Shown here: one piece after another, positions 40,289-50,443 of the stretch | Numbering within the stretch: the stretch's first letter is position 1 | Layout: each line of letters opens with the position of its first letter | DNA from: an uncultured Chitinophagaceae bacterium | GTDB taxonomy: Bacteria; Bacteroidota; Bacteroidia; Chitinophagales; Chitinophagaceae | Length of the DNA stretch: 64,000 bases | Assembly (NCBI GenBank): GCA_963741535.1 | Contig: CAVUIP010000009.1 | Coordinates: 51,457-115,456, forward strand | Direction: 5' to 3' | Made by a program: the position numbers and the translations under genes | Notes under the pieces: model-generated | Seen by the model: the letters and a program-made list of their open reading frames with translations, nothing else | What the model was told of the DNA's origin: nothing | Database searches by the model: none

Positions 40289-41857
40289 ATGAAATTATTA
40301 TTGGCACTGTTACTTCCTTTTTCTCTTTTATCCCAAACACCGCAATACGATGTATTGATCCGCAACGGAAAAATATTTGATGGCACAGGCAATAATTGGT
40401 ATTATGCAGATATTGCCATCACCAAAGGCAAAATAATTACTATACAAAAGAACATTACCGCCACAGCAGCAAAAACTATTGATGCAAAAGGTTTAATTGT
40501 TGCACCTGGTTTTATTGATGTGCATACTCATATTGAAGGCGACGAAGCTAAAACACCAACAGCAGACAATTTTATTTACGATGGTGTTACCACAGTAATT
40601 GCCGGCAATTGCGGCGCATCCAATATTGACATAGGAAAATATTTACAGTGGATAGATTCGTTACAGTTATCCATAAACGTAGCCACATTAGTTGGCCACA
40701 ACGATGTAAGAAAAGCAGTGATGGGCCGTGCCAACCGCAATGCTACCGAAGCAGAATTAGTACAAATGGAAATGATTGTTGATAAGGCTATGAAAGATGG
40801 CGCAGTGGGTTTATCCACCGGGTTAATTTATATACCCGGCACCTATACCAAAACACCAGAAATAATCCGCCTTGCAAAAGTGGCTTCAAAATACAATGGG
40901 GTTTATGCAACGCATATGAGAGATGAAGGGGATAGTGTAACACAAGCCATTGATGAAGCTTTAGCCATTGCAAGAGGCGCAAATATTCCTGTAGAAATTT
41001 CGCACTTTAAATTAAGCGGACAACAAAACTGGGGCCGCAGCAACCAAACGCTGCCCATGATAATTGCTGCAAGAAAAGAAGGATTGGATGTAACCATCGA
41101 TCAGTATCCTTACACCGCCAGCAGCACATCACTCAGTACTTTATTGCCCGATGAAATTTTAGCCGATGGGCAAGATTCTATTGCTGCAAGATTAATCAGG
41201 CCCGAAATAAAAAAACAGGTAACGGCTTATATCACCAAAAAATTAAAGAACCGAAAGCTCAAGCATTTAAGTTATGCTGTGGTAGCTTACTACAAGGCAG
41301 ACACTACCTTAAATGGAAAAAGTATTGAAGCCATTAATTTATTAAAAGGAAGAAAACATAAAGTAAGTGAAGAAGCTGCAACGGTTATGGAAATGATGAT
41401 TAATGGTGGCGCCGGTATGGTTTTTCATGGTATGAGCGAAAAAGATGTGCAGCACATTATGCAATATCCGTTTAACATGTTTGCAAGCGATGCCAGCATA
41501 AGGGCCTTTGGTGCAGGAGCGCCACACCCACGTGGTTATGGTACCAATGCAAGGGTGCTGGGTAAATATGTACGGCAGCAAAAAGTAATTTCGTTAGAAG
41601 AAGCGATAAGAAGAATGACCAGTTTACCGGCACAAAAATTTCAATTAAAAAATATTGGTTTATTAAAAGAAGGCATGAATGCCGACATCGTTATTTTTAA
41701 TGAGGCGGAGGTAAATGATGTTAGCACTTTTGAAAAACCGCATGCCTATTCAAAAGGTTTTTATTTTGTAATGGTGAATGGTGTGGTAACTGTTGAAAAC
41801 GAAAAACATTTAGGGTTAAGGGCAGGTAAGGCGCTGATGGGGCTGGGGCTTCAATAA
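40289..41857 (+). CDS. N-acyl-D-amino-acid deacylase
   Basis: PGFIDVHTH, GNCG, GLSTGLIY.PG, HMRDE, DQYPYTASST, HPRGYGT. Confidence 0.92.
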   Translation: MKLLLALLLPFSLLSQTPQYDVLIRNGKIFDGTGNNWYYADIAITKGKIITIQKNITATAAKTIDAKGLIVAPGFIDVHTHIEGDEAKTPTADNFIYDGVTTVIAGNCGASNIDIGKYLQWIDSLQLSINVATLVGHNDVRKAVMGRANRNATEAELVQMEMIVDKAMKDGAVGLSTGLIYIPGTYTKTPEIIRLAKVASKYNGVYATHMRDEGDSVTQAIDEALAIARGANIPVEISHFKLSGQQNWGRSNQTLPMIIAARKEGLDVTIDQYPYTASSTSLSTLLPDEILADGQDSIAARLIRPEIKKQVTAYITKKLKNRKLKHLSYAVVAYYKADTTLNGKSIEAINLLKGRKHKVSEEAATVMEMMINGGAGMVFHGMSEKDVQHIMQYPFNMFASDASIRAFGAGAPHPRGYGTNARVLGKYVRQQKVISLEEAIRRMTSLPAQKFQLKNIGLLKEGMNADIVIFNEAEVNDVSTFEKPHAYSKGFYFVMVNGVVTVENEKHLGLRAGKALMGLGLQ

Positions 41858-41891
41858 TATTTTTCCGCCGCCTTATTTCGTGTTCGCCGCC

Positions 41892-41914
41892 ATGTTTCGT
41901 GTCTCACGAAACAT
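41892..41914. repeat. REP-like palindrome, same family as 241-296
   Basis: ATGTTTCGTG-TCT-CACGAAACAT. Confidence 0.7.
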
Positions 41915-41994
41915 TTTAATTTTTTTTGATCACAATAATAACTTATAAAATAAATCTCTCAACTCAATACGTTTTCACCTCATAAAAATTTATT

Positions 41995-43275
41995 ATGAAA
42001 AAGATTTTCCTTCTTGCCACCATCATCATCCTGCAAATACAATTTGCAACCGCACAAAAAATAATACCGCTTACCACTCCCCAAGCCGCAGGCTTTTCTA
42101 CAGAAAGATTGCAACGCTTAGACAGGGAAATGAATGACTGGGCAAAAAAAGAATGGATGCAGGGCGGAGTAGCACTCATAATCCGCAATGGAAAAATTGC
42201 ATACCACAAAGCAGTCGGTGTAAATGATCTGGATACTAAATCACCGTTACAAAAAGAGGCCATTTTCCGCATTGCATCGCAAACAAAAGCCATTACCAGC
42301 GTAGCTATGATGATGTTGTTTGAAGAAGGAAAATTTCAATTAGATGATGCGGTGTCAAAATATATTCCTGCATTTAAAAAACAACAGGTGCTTGATAAAT
42401 ATGTGCCAGCCGACACTTCTTACTCCACTATTCCTGCCAAAGGCGAAATTACTATTCGCCAATTATTTACGCATACATCAGGATTGGGCTATGCACAAAT
42501 AGGCAGTAAAGAAGCTAATGCCATTTATGCAAAAAGTAAAATAACTGCAGGTATTGGCGTACAGGATGATAAATTATTAGATGCGATGAACCGCCTTGCA
42601 AAATTACCTTTGATGCACCAGCCCGGCGAAAAATGGACCTATGGTTTAAACAGCGATTTGTTAGGTTGTTTGGTAGAAGTAATTTCAGGTATGTCGTTAA
42701 ATGATTTTTTCCGCACCAAAATTTTTCAACCATTAGGGATGATCGATACGTATTTTTTTATTCCGCAAGAAAAAGCATCACGCCTTGTAAATTTATATCG
42801 GGAAGATTCTACCGGCCATTTGGTAAAAGCCGAAGGTAACATGCTTAACGGCCCAACAGTTTCTAATTATCCATTAGTTAACAGCACCTATTATTCCGGT
42901 GGCGCAGGATTATCATCTACCATTTACGATTATGGTATTTTTTTACAAATGCTTTTAAACAATGGTGTGTACAATGGTAAAAGATTACTCAGCAGAAATA
43001 GTGTACGCATTATGACGATGAACCAAATGGGTGAAGTACCTTATCGTGGCGATGATAAATTTGGCCTTGGCTTTCAAATTGTAACTGATAAAAGCAGTGG
43101 CCGCACACCTGCGCAATCGGGTACCTACAGCTGGGGCGGCGCATTTGCCACCAGTTACTGGGTAGATCCTAAAGAAAAAATGGTGTTACTTTTTTACCGC
43201 CAGTTACAGGGAAGCACACACGGCGATGTGGTAGAAAAATTCAGGGCATTGGTGTATGGTGCAATTAATGATTAG
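41995..43275 (+). CDS. Serine hydrolase, beta-lactamase-like family
   Basis: FRIASQTK, HTSG, PGEKWTYG, WGGA. Confidence 0.9.
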   Translation: MKKIFLLATIIILQIQFATAQKIIPLTTPQAAGFSTERLQRLDREMNDWAKKEWMQGGVALIIRNGKIAYHKAVGVNDLDTKSPLQKEAIFRIASQTKAITSVAMMMLFEEGKFQLDDAVSKYIPAFKKQQVLDKYVPADTSYSTIPAKGEITIRQLFTHTSGLGYAQIGSKEANAIYAKSKITAGIGVQDDKLLDAMNRLAKLPLMHQPGEKWTYGLNSDLLGCLVEVISGMSLNDFFRTKIFQPLGMIDTYFFIPQEKASRLVNLYREDSTGHLVKAEGNMLNGPTVSNYPLVNSTYYSGGAGLSSTIYDYGIFLQMLLNNGVYNGKRLLSRNSVRIMTMNQMGEVPYRGDDKFGLGFQIVTDKSSGRTPAQSGTYSWGGAFATSYWVDPKEKMVLLFYRQLQGSTHGDVVEKFRALVYGAIND

Positions 43276-43407
43276 TGATAAATATTTTTTGTTACTGATT
43301 ATTTTAATTTTTTTTGGCAAACATTTGTATTTCTATCAGCATCGTTGTGTCACTCACTTGTACGGCTTACCATTATTGAACTTTTATTTAAGCGTAGATT
43401 GAAAAGT

Positions 43408-43415
43408 TAGCTTTG
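43408..43415 (+). promoter_or_regulatory. Bacteroidota -7 promoter element
   Basis: TAGCTTTG fits TAnnTTTG, 40 nt upstream of ATG 43456. Confidence 0.4.
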
Positions 43416-43455
43416 TATTAAAGTAAAAAGTTTTTTTAAAGATGAAAATAAAAAA

Positions 43456-43725
43456 ATGGATGAAATAAAAATAGCTTGCCCTAAATGCAACTGGGAGCCT
43501 GATGGGCAACCTTACTGGCAATGCTCCTGCGGTTATAATTGGGATACTTTTTCTACCGGTGGCCGCTGCCCGGCTTGCAAAAAAGTGTGGGAGCAAACGC
43601 AATGTATCGATTATGCCGGTGGTTGCCCTGCATGGAGCCCACATCTGGATTGGTATAAAGGATTAGATACTATTATTGAAAAATTAAAAGAAGAAATTAA
43701 AAAGAGCTGGGGGGTGCCGGTATAA
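43456..43725 (+). CDS. Small Cys-rich zinc-finger-like protein
   Basis: CPKC, CSCG, CPAC, C..C pairs. Confidence 0.75.
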   Translation: MDEIKIACPKCNWEPDGQPYWQCSCGYNWDTFSTGGRCPACKKVWEQTQCIDYAGGCPAWSPHLDWYKGLDTIIEKLKEEIKKSWGVPV

Positions 43726-43752
43726 AAAATTATCACTGATAAAAAAGAATTT

Positions 43753-44598
43753 ATGCCAACAGAATGCCGTGTAGAAAACCAAACAACTACCGAAATGACA
43801 ACAGAACAACTCACCAAAGAATTTGAACAGTGTGGTGCACAATTAAAATCTTATATTTTGCGGATAACCGCAAGTGTTGCAGATGCGGAGGATATTGTAC
43901 ACGACAGCTTTATTAAAGCGGCCGAAAAACTGGATACCTTCAAAGGGCAATCTTCTTTAAAGACCTGGATATTTGCAATTGCCTCCAATTTGGCAAAAGA
44001 TAATGCAAGGGCAAAAAAACGCTGGGTAGAAAATGTGACAGACATAGCAAGAGAAGCTGCGCTTACCAATCCGGAATTTTTTAAAGGGGCCATGCATATC
44101 CACACTACTTCGCCACAGGCACAATTTGAAATAAAGGAACATATCGCTTTTTGTTTTAGCTGCATTGCCAAATCGTTACCATTAGAACAGCAAATCTGCA
44201 TATTGTTAAAAGAAGTGTATGAATTTAAAGTAAATGAAATCACCCAAATTATTGATACCACGGAAGCTATGGTAAAATATTATCTGCATACCGGCAGAAG
44301 TAAAATGATAACTGTTTTTGATGGCAGGTGTGCGCTGATAAATAAACAGGGCGTTTGCCATCAATGCTCCGAACTGAATGGTATATTTAATCCCAAACAA
44401 AAATTTCAGGAAGAGGTAATAAAAATTGACATGGCAAGAGAAGCAGAAAATGCCAGCAAAGAACATTTATTTGATTTGCGGATGAAAGTGGTAAAAGGCA
44501 TTGACCCTTTTGCATCAAATGCTGCAGCATTACAACTGCATCATTTAGATCATAACCGAAAGGTTATGGAAAAATATACAGAAAAAAATACCGATTAG
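43753..44598 (+). CDS. ECF sigma-70 factor with Cys-containing C-terminal extension (start may be 43795)
   Basis: DAEDIVHD, F.GQSSLKTWIFAIA.N, region 4, RCALINKQGVCHQC. Confidence 0.9.
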   Translation: MPTECRVENQTTTEMTTEQLTKEFEQCGAQLKSYILRITASVADAEDIVHDSFIKAAEKLDTFKGQSSLKTWIFAIASNLAKDNARAKKRWVENVTDIAREAALTNPEFFKGAMHIHTTSPQAQFEIKEHIAFCFSCIAKSLPLEQQICILLKEVYEFKVNEITQIIDTTEAMVKYYLHTGRSKMITVFDGRCALINKQGVCHQCSELNGIFNPKQKFQEEVIKIDMAREAENASKEHLFDLRMKVVKGIDPFASNAAALQLHHLDHNRKVMEKYTEKNTD

Positions 44599-44672
44599 CC
44601 TATCGTTTTTTTTTGCCCAAACGTCAAAGAGTTGAAATAAATATTTAAAACACTTGATCAACTTAAACGATT

Positions 44673-45149
44673 ATGGCAACTACAGCAGTTATGGCACAAA
44701 ATGGCAAAGCCAGCACCCTGAAAAAAACATTCAGCCGTCAAACTTCAGTAAGCATCCAAATTAAAGCTGACCCATCTATCATCTGGACACTCTTAACAAA
44801 CGCTTCCGACTTTGCCCGATGGAATTCTACCGTTATTTCTATTGAAGGAAATATTGCAGCAGGAGAAAAAATAAATCTTAAATCAACACTCGATCATAAA
44901 CGGATATTTAAATTAAAGGTGAAAGAATGTAAACCTGAAACCAAGCTTATATGGGGCGATGCCATGGGCAACAGGATTTACACACTTGATAAAAAAGAAA
45001 ATGGTGTAACTCTTTTTTCCATGACAGAAAAAATAGGCGGCCCTCTTTTTCCCTTGTTTGCTAAAATGATCCCACCCTTTGATAAATCGTTTGAGCAGTT
45101 TTCTGCCGATCTTAAAAAAGAAGCAGAAAGTATTATGAACACTAAATAA
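44673..45149 (+). CDS. SRPBCC family protein
   Basis: I.ADPSIIW.LLT....ARWN, L.W, LKKEAE. Confidence 0.8.
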   Translation: MATTAVMAQNGKASTLKKTFSRQTSVSIQIKADPSIIWTLLTNASDFARWNSTVISIEGNIAAGEKINLKSTLDHKRIFKLKVKECKPETKLIWGDAMGNRIYTLDKKENGVTLFSMTEKIGGPLFPLFAKMIPPFDKSFEQFSADLKKEAESIMNTK

Positions 45150-45156
45150 TATCTAC

Positions 45157-45465
45157 ATGAAAATTGTAAAAGTAACTTATACCACAACGCCTGAATTTGC
45201 AGAACAAAATAAAAACAATATTAAAAATGTAATGACCGATTTGCAAAAGCTGCAGCACAAGGGCATTAACTACAACGCCTGTTTATCTGCCGACAATAAA
45301 ACATTTATCCATACAGCATTCTTCAACTCAGATGAAGACCAAAAATTGCTGAATGAGTTGCCCTCGTTCAAATATTTTCAGGAACAACTAAAAGCAAGCG
45401 GATTAGAAGTTGCGCCAAAACAGGAATTATTATCTTTAGTAGGTTCATCAAATAATATTTTTTAA
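45157..45465 (+). CDS. Hypothetical protein, ABM-like alpha/beta barrel
   Basis: V.YT...F...N, TFIH, LPSF..F pattern. Confidence 0.6.
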   Translation: MKIVKVTYTTTPEFAEQNKNNIKNVMTDLQKLQHKGINYNACLSADNKTFIHTAFFNSDEDQKLLNELPSFKYFQEQLKASGLEVAPKQELLSLVGSSNNIF

Positions 45466-45484
45466 CGCTTAAATAAATTTTACA

Positions 45485-45892
45485 ATGAAGTACAAAATCG
45501 GTACAAAAGAAAAACCATTGGTTTTAAAAACGCCACCACTATCATCAGAATATACCATGCATGTAGATGAAAAAGATGGCAAAGAAATTTTAGTATGCAC
45601 TGTGGGAAAAACGGTGCTGCATTACAATATGGATTGCCTGGATGATTTGCATGCAATGCTGAAAAAGCATGGCGACTGGATGGAACTGGGCAGTGCCGAC
45701 GAACAGAAACCGGCAAAGGATGGAACAGTAGAAGCCTGGGGCCGCTCGCCCAAAAACCCAGCTGGTGGCTGGTATGGATTAAAGAAGGGATTGCGTGGCC
45801 GTTTTGGTATGTACATTCCTCCACTGATGGAAGCACTGGGCCTTGCAGAAGTTACCCATGATGCAAAAGGAAATAAGATGAAAGCGAAATAA
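45485..45892 (+). CDS. Conserved hypothetical protein (DUF6855-like)
   Basis: LKTPP..SEY.M, LGSADEQK, GGWYGLKKG.RGRF. Confidence 0.7.
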   Translation: MKYKIGTKEKPLVLKTPPLSSEYTMHVDEKDGKEILVCTVGKTVLHYNMDCLDDLHAMLKKHGDWMELGSADEQKPAKDGTVEAWGRSPKNPAGGWYGLKKGLRGRFGMYIPPLMEALGLAEVTHDAKGNKMKAK

Positions 45893-45959
45893 TTTTTACA
45901 AAATGTCCGGTTTTTAATTCGCCATTCGTCATTAATATACATCATAAAAATTTATCATC

Positions 45960-46448
45960 ATGGCAAAATCTATTTATCAATCAGAAATTATCTTTAACAT
46001 GAACACCCGCCTTTTTCTAAGTGCACTGGAAGGGGTTACAGAAGAGCAGGCAAAGGAAAGAATCAGCGGGCACAATAATCCGCTTAACTGGCTGGCAGCA
46101 CATACGGTGTGGGCACGCTACAACTCCTGCGCAATGCTGGGCAAACCAGTAGCAAAAAATCCTTACGACGGCCTGTTCGAAAATTTTAAACCATTTGATG
46201 CTGCTGCCAATTATGGCACACTGGCCAATACAAAAGCAGAATGGCAAAAAGCCAGTGACTTATTAAAGGAAGCTTTTGCCGCTGTAACAGAAGAACATCT
46301 TGCTGCAGAATGCCCGTTAAAAAGTCCGATAGGCGATTTTACTTTTGGCGGAACCGTTGCTTTTTTAGCACAGCATGAAAGTTATGATATTGGGCAAATT
46401 GCTTTTTTAAAAAAATATTTTACTAAAGAAGCGATGAGGTATGATTAA
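45960..46448 (+). CDS. DinB family protein
   Basis: N...W...H, FLAQHESY..GQ. Confidence 0.82.
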   Translation: MAKSIYQSEIIFNMNTRLFLSALEGVTEEQAKERISGHNNPLNWLAAHTVWARYNSCAMLGKPVAKNPYDGLFENFKPFDAAANYGTLANTKAEWQKASDLLKEAFAAVTEEHLAAECPLKSPIGDFTFGGTVAFLAQHESYDIGQIAFLKKYFTKEAMRYD

Positions 46449-46469
46449 AGAGAGAGATGAATGGTCAAT

Positions 46470-46826
46470 CAATGTCGTTTAGTTAAGAATTATATTTCTC
46501 AACTAATGTCACCCATTCGGGGTTGGGTCTTCAATTTTGCAAAAATATCTATAGTAATATCATCCCTTCGGGATTTTAAAGCCTGAAAGCCCGCCTGAAC
46601 GGAACGGGCAGTGCTGACATTAATATAGCTAAGAAAATAATAGTTATCGCAAAACCCCGAAGGGCAATGTCGTTAAGTTAAGGATATTTTAAACTATAAA
46701 ATACCCAATTCCAGTTCCCTCTCCTTTGGAGAGGGGTTGGGGTGAGGTCTTACAAATGCTTAACTTAATGACATTGCCCGAAGGGGTGATATTAGGTATT
46801 GATACTTACTTGGCTAAACGACATTG
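46470..46826. mobile_element. Outer MITE with CAATGTCG termini, filled with REP-like repeats
   Basis: TIRs CAATGTCGTTTAGTTAAG / CTTGGCTAAACGACATTG (16/18); flanks aatggtcaat / aaggttcaat (8/10). Confidence 0.7.
46665..46776. mobile_element. Inner 112-bp MITE with perfect 9-bp target duplication
   Basis: TIRs CAATGTCGTTAAGTTAAG / CTTAACTTAATGACATTG; CCCGAAGGG at 46656-46664 and 46777-46785. Confidence 0.85.
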
Positions 46827-46913
46827 AAGGTTCAATGATAATGCCTGTCCCTACATTTTACAGAATCAATCGTCAATGATGAATAAATTCCCGGTATCAT
46901 AAAATCAATTATC

Positions 46914-47348
46914 ATGTTTGTAATAAAACATTTATTTCACATCAATGCTTCAAAAGAAACAGTATTTGAAGCACTCACAACCATTGATGGACTTTCAAAC
47001 TGGTGGACTAATAAAGTAGGCGGCGATACTGCTGTTGGAGGTATCATAGAATTTCGCTTTGGAGATTTTGGCGGGCCGGATATGAAAGTAAAAGAAATAA
47101 AACCCAACGAATCTGTTACCTGGGAATGTGCCGGCGGCCCGGAAGACTGGCTGGGGCATATTTTTAGTTTTTATCTTGACAGCAACGAAAATAAAACCCG
47201 TGTCCGTTTTAAACAATCGGGCTGGAAAGAAACCGGCGACTTTTATGCTTCCTGCAATTTTAGCTGGGGAAGGTATATGGAAAGCCTGCGCCAGTTTTGC
47301 CAAACCGGTAAGGGAGAAGCGTTTGGAAGTGAGGGTTACAGGAAATAA
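46914..47348 (+). CDS. SRPBCC/AHSA1-like protein
   Basis: VFEALTT..GL..WW, V.W.C, TRVRF...GW, W..YM.SL. Confidence 0.85.
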   Translation: MFVIKHLFHINASKETVFEALTTIDGLSNWWTNKVGGDTAVGGIIEFRFGDFGGPDMKVKEIKPNESVTWECAGGPEDWLGHIFSFYLDSNENKTRVRFKQSGWKETGDFYASCNFSWGRYMESLRQFCQTGKGEAFGSEGYRK

Positions 47349-47420
47349 TATTAAAGCCGCTAAATAAAAAACGGTTTCCTCAATACTGTTTTTTATTTTT
47401 AACCCACTAATATTTTTTCC

Positions 47421-48110
47421 ATGGCCAATGTTGCAATACCCAAATCATCACTCAATTTTCTTAAAGACATTTCAAAAAACAATAACCGGGAATGGTTTGC
47501 AAAAAATAAAGACCGCTACCTTATTGAATATGAAAACATGATCTGTTTTACAGATGCTTTGCTGAATGAAATGAAAAAGCATGACAACATTGAAACGCTG
47601 TCAGGCAAAAATTCTTTATTCCGCATTTATAGAGATACCAGGTTTTCAAAAGATAAAACTCCTTATAAAACCTACTGGGCCGGGGGTTTTAAAAGAGCCA
47701 CCAAAAAATTAAGGGGCGGATATTATTTTCAGATTGAACCCGGTGCATCGCTGGCAGCCGGTGGTTTTTTTAGCCCTAATGCTGCAGATTTACTCAGGAT
47801 AAGACAGGATATTGATTTAAACTATTCCGCCTGGAAAAAAATAGTTTCAGGCAAAACAATTACCAGCCTGTTTGGTGCATTAAAGGGCGAAAAAGTTGCT
47901 ACATCGCCAAAGGGATTTTCAAAAGAAAATCCTGCCATAGGGCTGCTGAAACATAAACAGTTTTATTTTGAACGGAAGTTTACAGACAAAGAAGTTCTGG
48001 CCCCGGGTTTCTTAAAACAATTGAATCAAACTTTTAAACGCCTGCGGCCCTGGTTTGATTTTATGAGTGATGTGCTCACAACAGATTTAAACGGGGTATC
48101 AACAATTTAA
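47421..48110 (+). CDS. DUF2461 family protein
   Basis: NNNREWF, FRIYRDTRFSKDKTPYK. Confidence 0.92.
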   Translation: MANVAIPKSSLNFLKDISKNNNREWFAKNKDRYLIEYENMICFTDALLNEMKKHDNIETLSGKNSLFRIYRDTRFSKDKTPYKTYWAGGFKRATKKLRGGYYFQIEPGASLAAGGFFSPNAADLLRIRQDIDLNYSAWKKIVSGKTITSLFGALKGEKVATSPKGFSKENPAIGLLKHKQFYFERKFTDKEVLAPGFLKQLNQTFKRLRPWFDFMSDVLTTDLNGVSTI

Positions 48111-48137
48111 TAAACAACTGATAACATCTAAAAACAA

Positions 48138-48479
48138 GTGAACATAGAAGCGATCAGAAATATTTGTACAGAACTTCCTTCGGTAACAGAAGGCATCAAG
48201 TGGGATAACGATCTTTGTTTTATGATTGGCGAAAAAATGTTTTGCGTTATCTTACTCAATACCCCTTTGAAAGTTTCCTTTAGAGTAACAGACGAAGAAT
48301 TTGAGGAAATAACAAACACACCCGGAATTATTCCTTCTCCTTATGCTGCCAGGTACAAATGGATATTGGTAGAGGATGTAAACATATTCAATAAAAAAAA
48401 ATGGGCGCTGTATATTACTCAATCCTACAACCTGGTAAGAGTAAAACTTTCCAAAAAGAAATTAAGCCAGCTGAAATAA
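48138..48479 (+). CDS. MmcQ/YjbR family protein
   Basis: LP.VTE..KW, F.IGEKMF, PSPY.ARYKW, SYNLV. Confidence 0.88.
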   Translation: MNIEAIRNICTELPSVTEGIKWDNDLCFMIGEKMFCVILLNTPLKVSFRVTDEEFEEITNTPGIIPSPYAARYKWILVEDVNIFNKKKWALYITQSYNLVRVKLSKKKLSQLK

Positions 48480-48739
48480 AGCAACCATAAAATTCCTTTA
48501 AAATAAAATTATGCCGGGCAAAATCCCTAACCTCTCTCCGGTTTAAAAAAATTACTTCAGAAAAAACTGATGTGTTGATAAAAATGGAAAATAGAGATAT
48601 ACAATTTCGTTTTTGCAGGCTTAATAATTGCTGCTCACAGGCCCGTTTAAATAAAAAAAGTTCCTGTCAAATTTATAAATAACACCGCCCCTGCATTTTA
48701 TTGGCGCATTTATTGAGACAGATTCGTAAAATCAAATCT

Positions 48740-50443
48740 GTGAAAAAAATAACTTTACTCTGCATATTGCTGCTGCCACTAACTGCCCTGGCTTTTACCT
48801 GGCAGGTTGGCCCATCCAGAACGTTTACCAAACCCAGTGATGTAGCCCTGCTTGTAAATAACGGAGATACTGTGGAAATTGATGCAGCCGTTTATTTGGG
48901 TGATGTATCTGTGTGGACAAAAAACAACCTCCTCTTAAAAGGCATTGGCGGCAGACCACATTTGCGGGCAAACGGAAATAATGCCATCGGAAAAGGAACC
49001 TGGGTGCTGGCCGGTAATAATATCCATGTAGACAACATAGAATTTTCTGAAAGTACGGTACCGGATATGAATGGCGCAGGCATACGGTTAGATGGTGTAG
49101 GCATAACCGTTACAAACTGTTATTTTCATAATAATGAAAACGGAATTTTAACCGGCAACAACGGGGGCAATATTATTATTGAGCAATCAGAGTTTGGTTT
49201 TAATGGATTTGGTGATGGGTTTTCGCATAATATTTATATCGGCAGTGCAGATACTGCCATCATTCGTTTCAGTTATTTTCATCATGCAAATATTGGGCAC
49301 GAGCTAAAATCAAGGGCAAGGGTAAATTATATTTCATACAACCGTTTTTCAAATGAAGCAACAGGAAATGCAAGCCGGGAAATAGATTTACCTTCCGGAG
49401 GGCTGTCTGTTTTAATTGGCAATATTATACAGCAGGGCCCCAACTCCAGTAATGGAAATATGGTGGGTTATGGGTTGGAAGGATTGGTTAATACTGCACC
49501 ACACGAAATTTATTTAATTAATAATACCCTGGTAAATGAACGATTTGCCGGCAGTTTTTTACATGCAGCTGCCGGTGCAACTTATCTAAAAGTATATAAT
49601 AATATTTTTGCCGGGCCCGGTACGGGTATAAGTTATAGCGGACCGGCTGCTGCGGTAGACTCTCTCACTAATAAAGTAGTAAATGATATATTGCAGGTGG
49701 GTTTTACAAATCCTGCTACATATAACTATCAACTCAGCAGCAGTTCTGTTGCCATTAATAGCGGCAGCAACCCGGGTGTAGCCAGCAATGGTCAAAATCT
49801 TTTACCGGTTTTTGAATACCTGCATCCCACTTCATTTATCAGCAGAACAGTACAGGGTAATATAGATGTGGGTAGTTTCGAACTGCTAAATGTAGTACCC
49901 GTAAATTTTTTAAAATTTGATGCATTTGTGCAGCAGGAACAAACCATTCTTCAATGGCAGACAGCGGAGGAAACCAGCCTCCGGTTTTATGAAGTAATGC
50001 GAAGTGCAAATGGAACAGATTTTAAAACTGCTGCACAGCTGCTACCCAAATACGGAGTGCTTAATAATTATAAATGGGCAGATGATACCAACATTAGTAC
50101 TGCTTACTACCGCATTAAAATTACAGATCAGGATGGCCAGTACCGGTTTTCAAAAACTATAGTGGTTAATAAAAGCCGGCAAAATACAATTACACCCAAA
50201 GCATTTTTTTCCGGAGAAAATTTATACCTGCATAACCTGCCGGATAATTTTAAAAATACTGCTGCACAATTACAAATAATAAATGCACAGGGTATGTTGC
50301 TGTTTAATCAATCCATTTTTTTGCAGCCCCTCAATAATATGATGCTGCGTTATTCAACATTTTCTACCCTTAAGAATTATTGTATTGTAGTTATCCGTAA
50401 AAAAGATGAGCAGATAGCGATACCTGTATTTGTTTATCATTAA
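48740..50443 (+). CDS. Secreted right-handed beta-helix protein with Bacteroidota surface-protein C-terminus
   Basis: NGAGIR, FHNNENGIL, HNIYIG, GHELKSRA; PV.F..F, LQWQTA.E, YYRIK..D.DG. Confidence 0.8.
   Translation: MKKITLLCILLLPLTALAFTWQVGPSRTFTKPSDVALLVNNGDTVEIDAAVYLGDVSVWTKNNLLLKGIGGRPHLRANGNNAIGKGTWVLAGNNIHVDNIEFSESTVPDMNGAGIRLDGVGITVTNCYFHNNENGILTGNNGGNIIIEQSEFGFNGFGDGFSHNIYIGSADTAIIRFSYFHHANIGHELKSRARVNYISYNRFSNEATGNASREIDLPSGGLSVLIGNIIQQGPNSSNGNMVGYGLEGLVNTAPHEIYLINNTLVNERFAGSFLHAAAGATYLKVYNNIFAGPGTGISYSGPAAAVDSLTNKVVNDILQVGFTNPATYNYQLSSSSVAINSGSNPGVASNGQNLLPVFEYLHPTSFISRTVQGNIDVGSFELLNVVPVNFLKFDAFVQQEQTILQWQTAEETSLRFYEVMRSANGTDFKTAAQLLPKYGVLNNYKWADDTNISTAYYRIKITDQDGQYRFSKTIVVNKSRQNTITPKAFFSGENLYLHNLPDNFKNTAAQLQIINAQGMLLFNQSIFLQPLNNMMLRYSTFSTLKNYCIVVIRKKDEQIAIPVFVYH

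Noticed and set aside
2644..43275. Beta-lactam resistance genes
   Set aside because: SxxK hydrolases and S45 acylases are broad families; no class A, C or D specific signature set was established
46449..46913. CRISPR array
   Set aside because: Repeats are inverted and nested, with no regular repeat-spacer period and no cas genes
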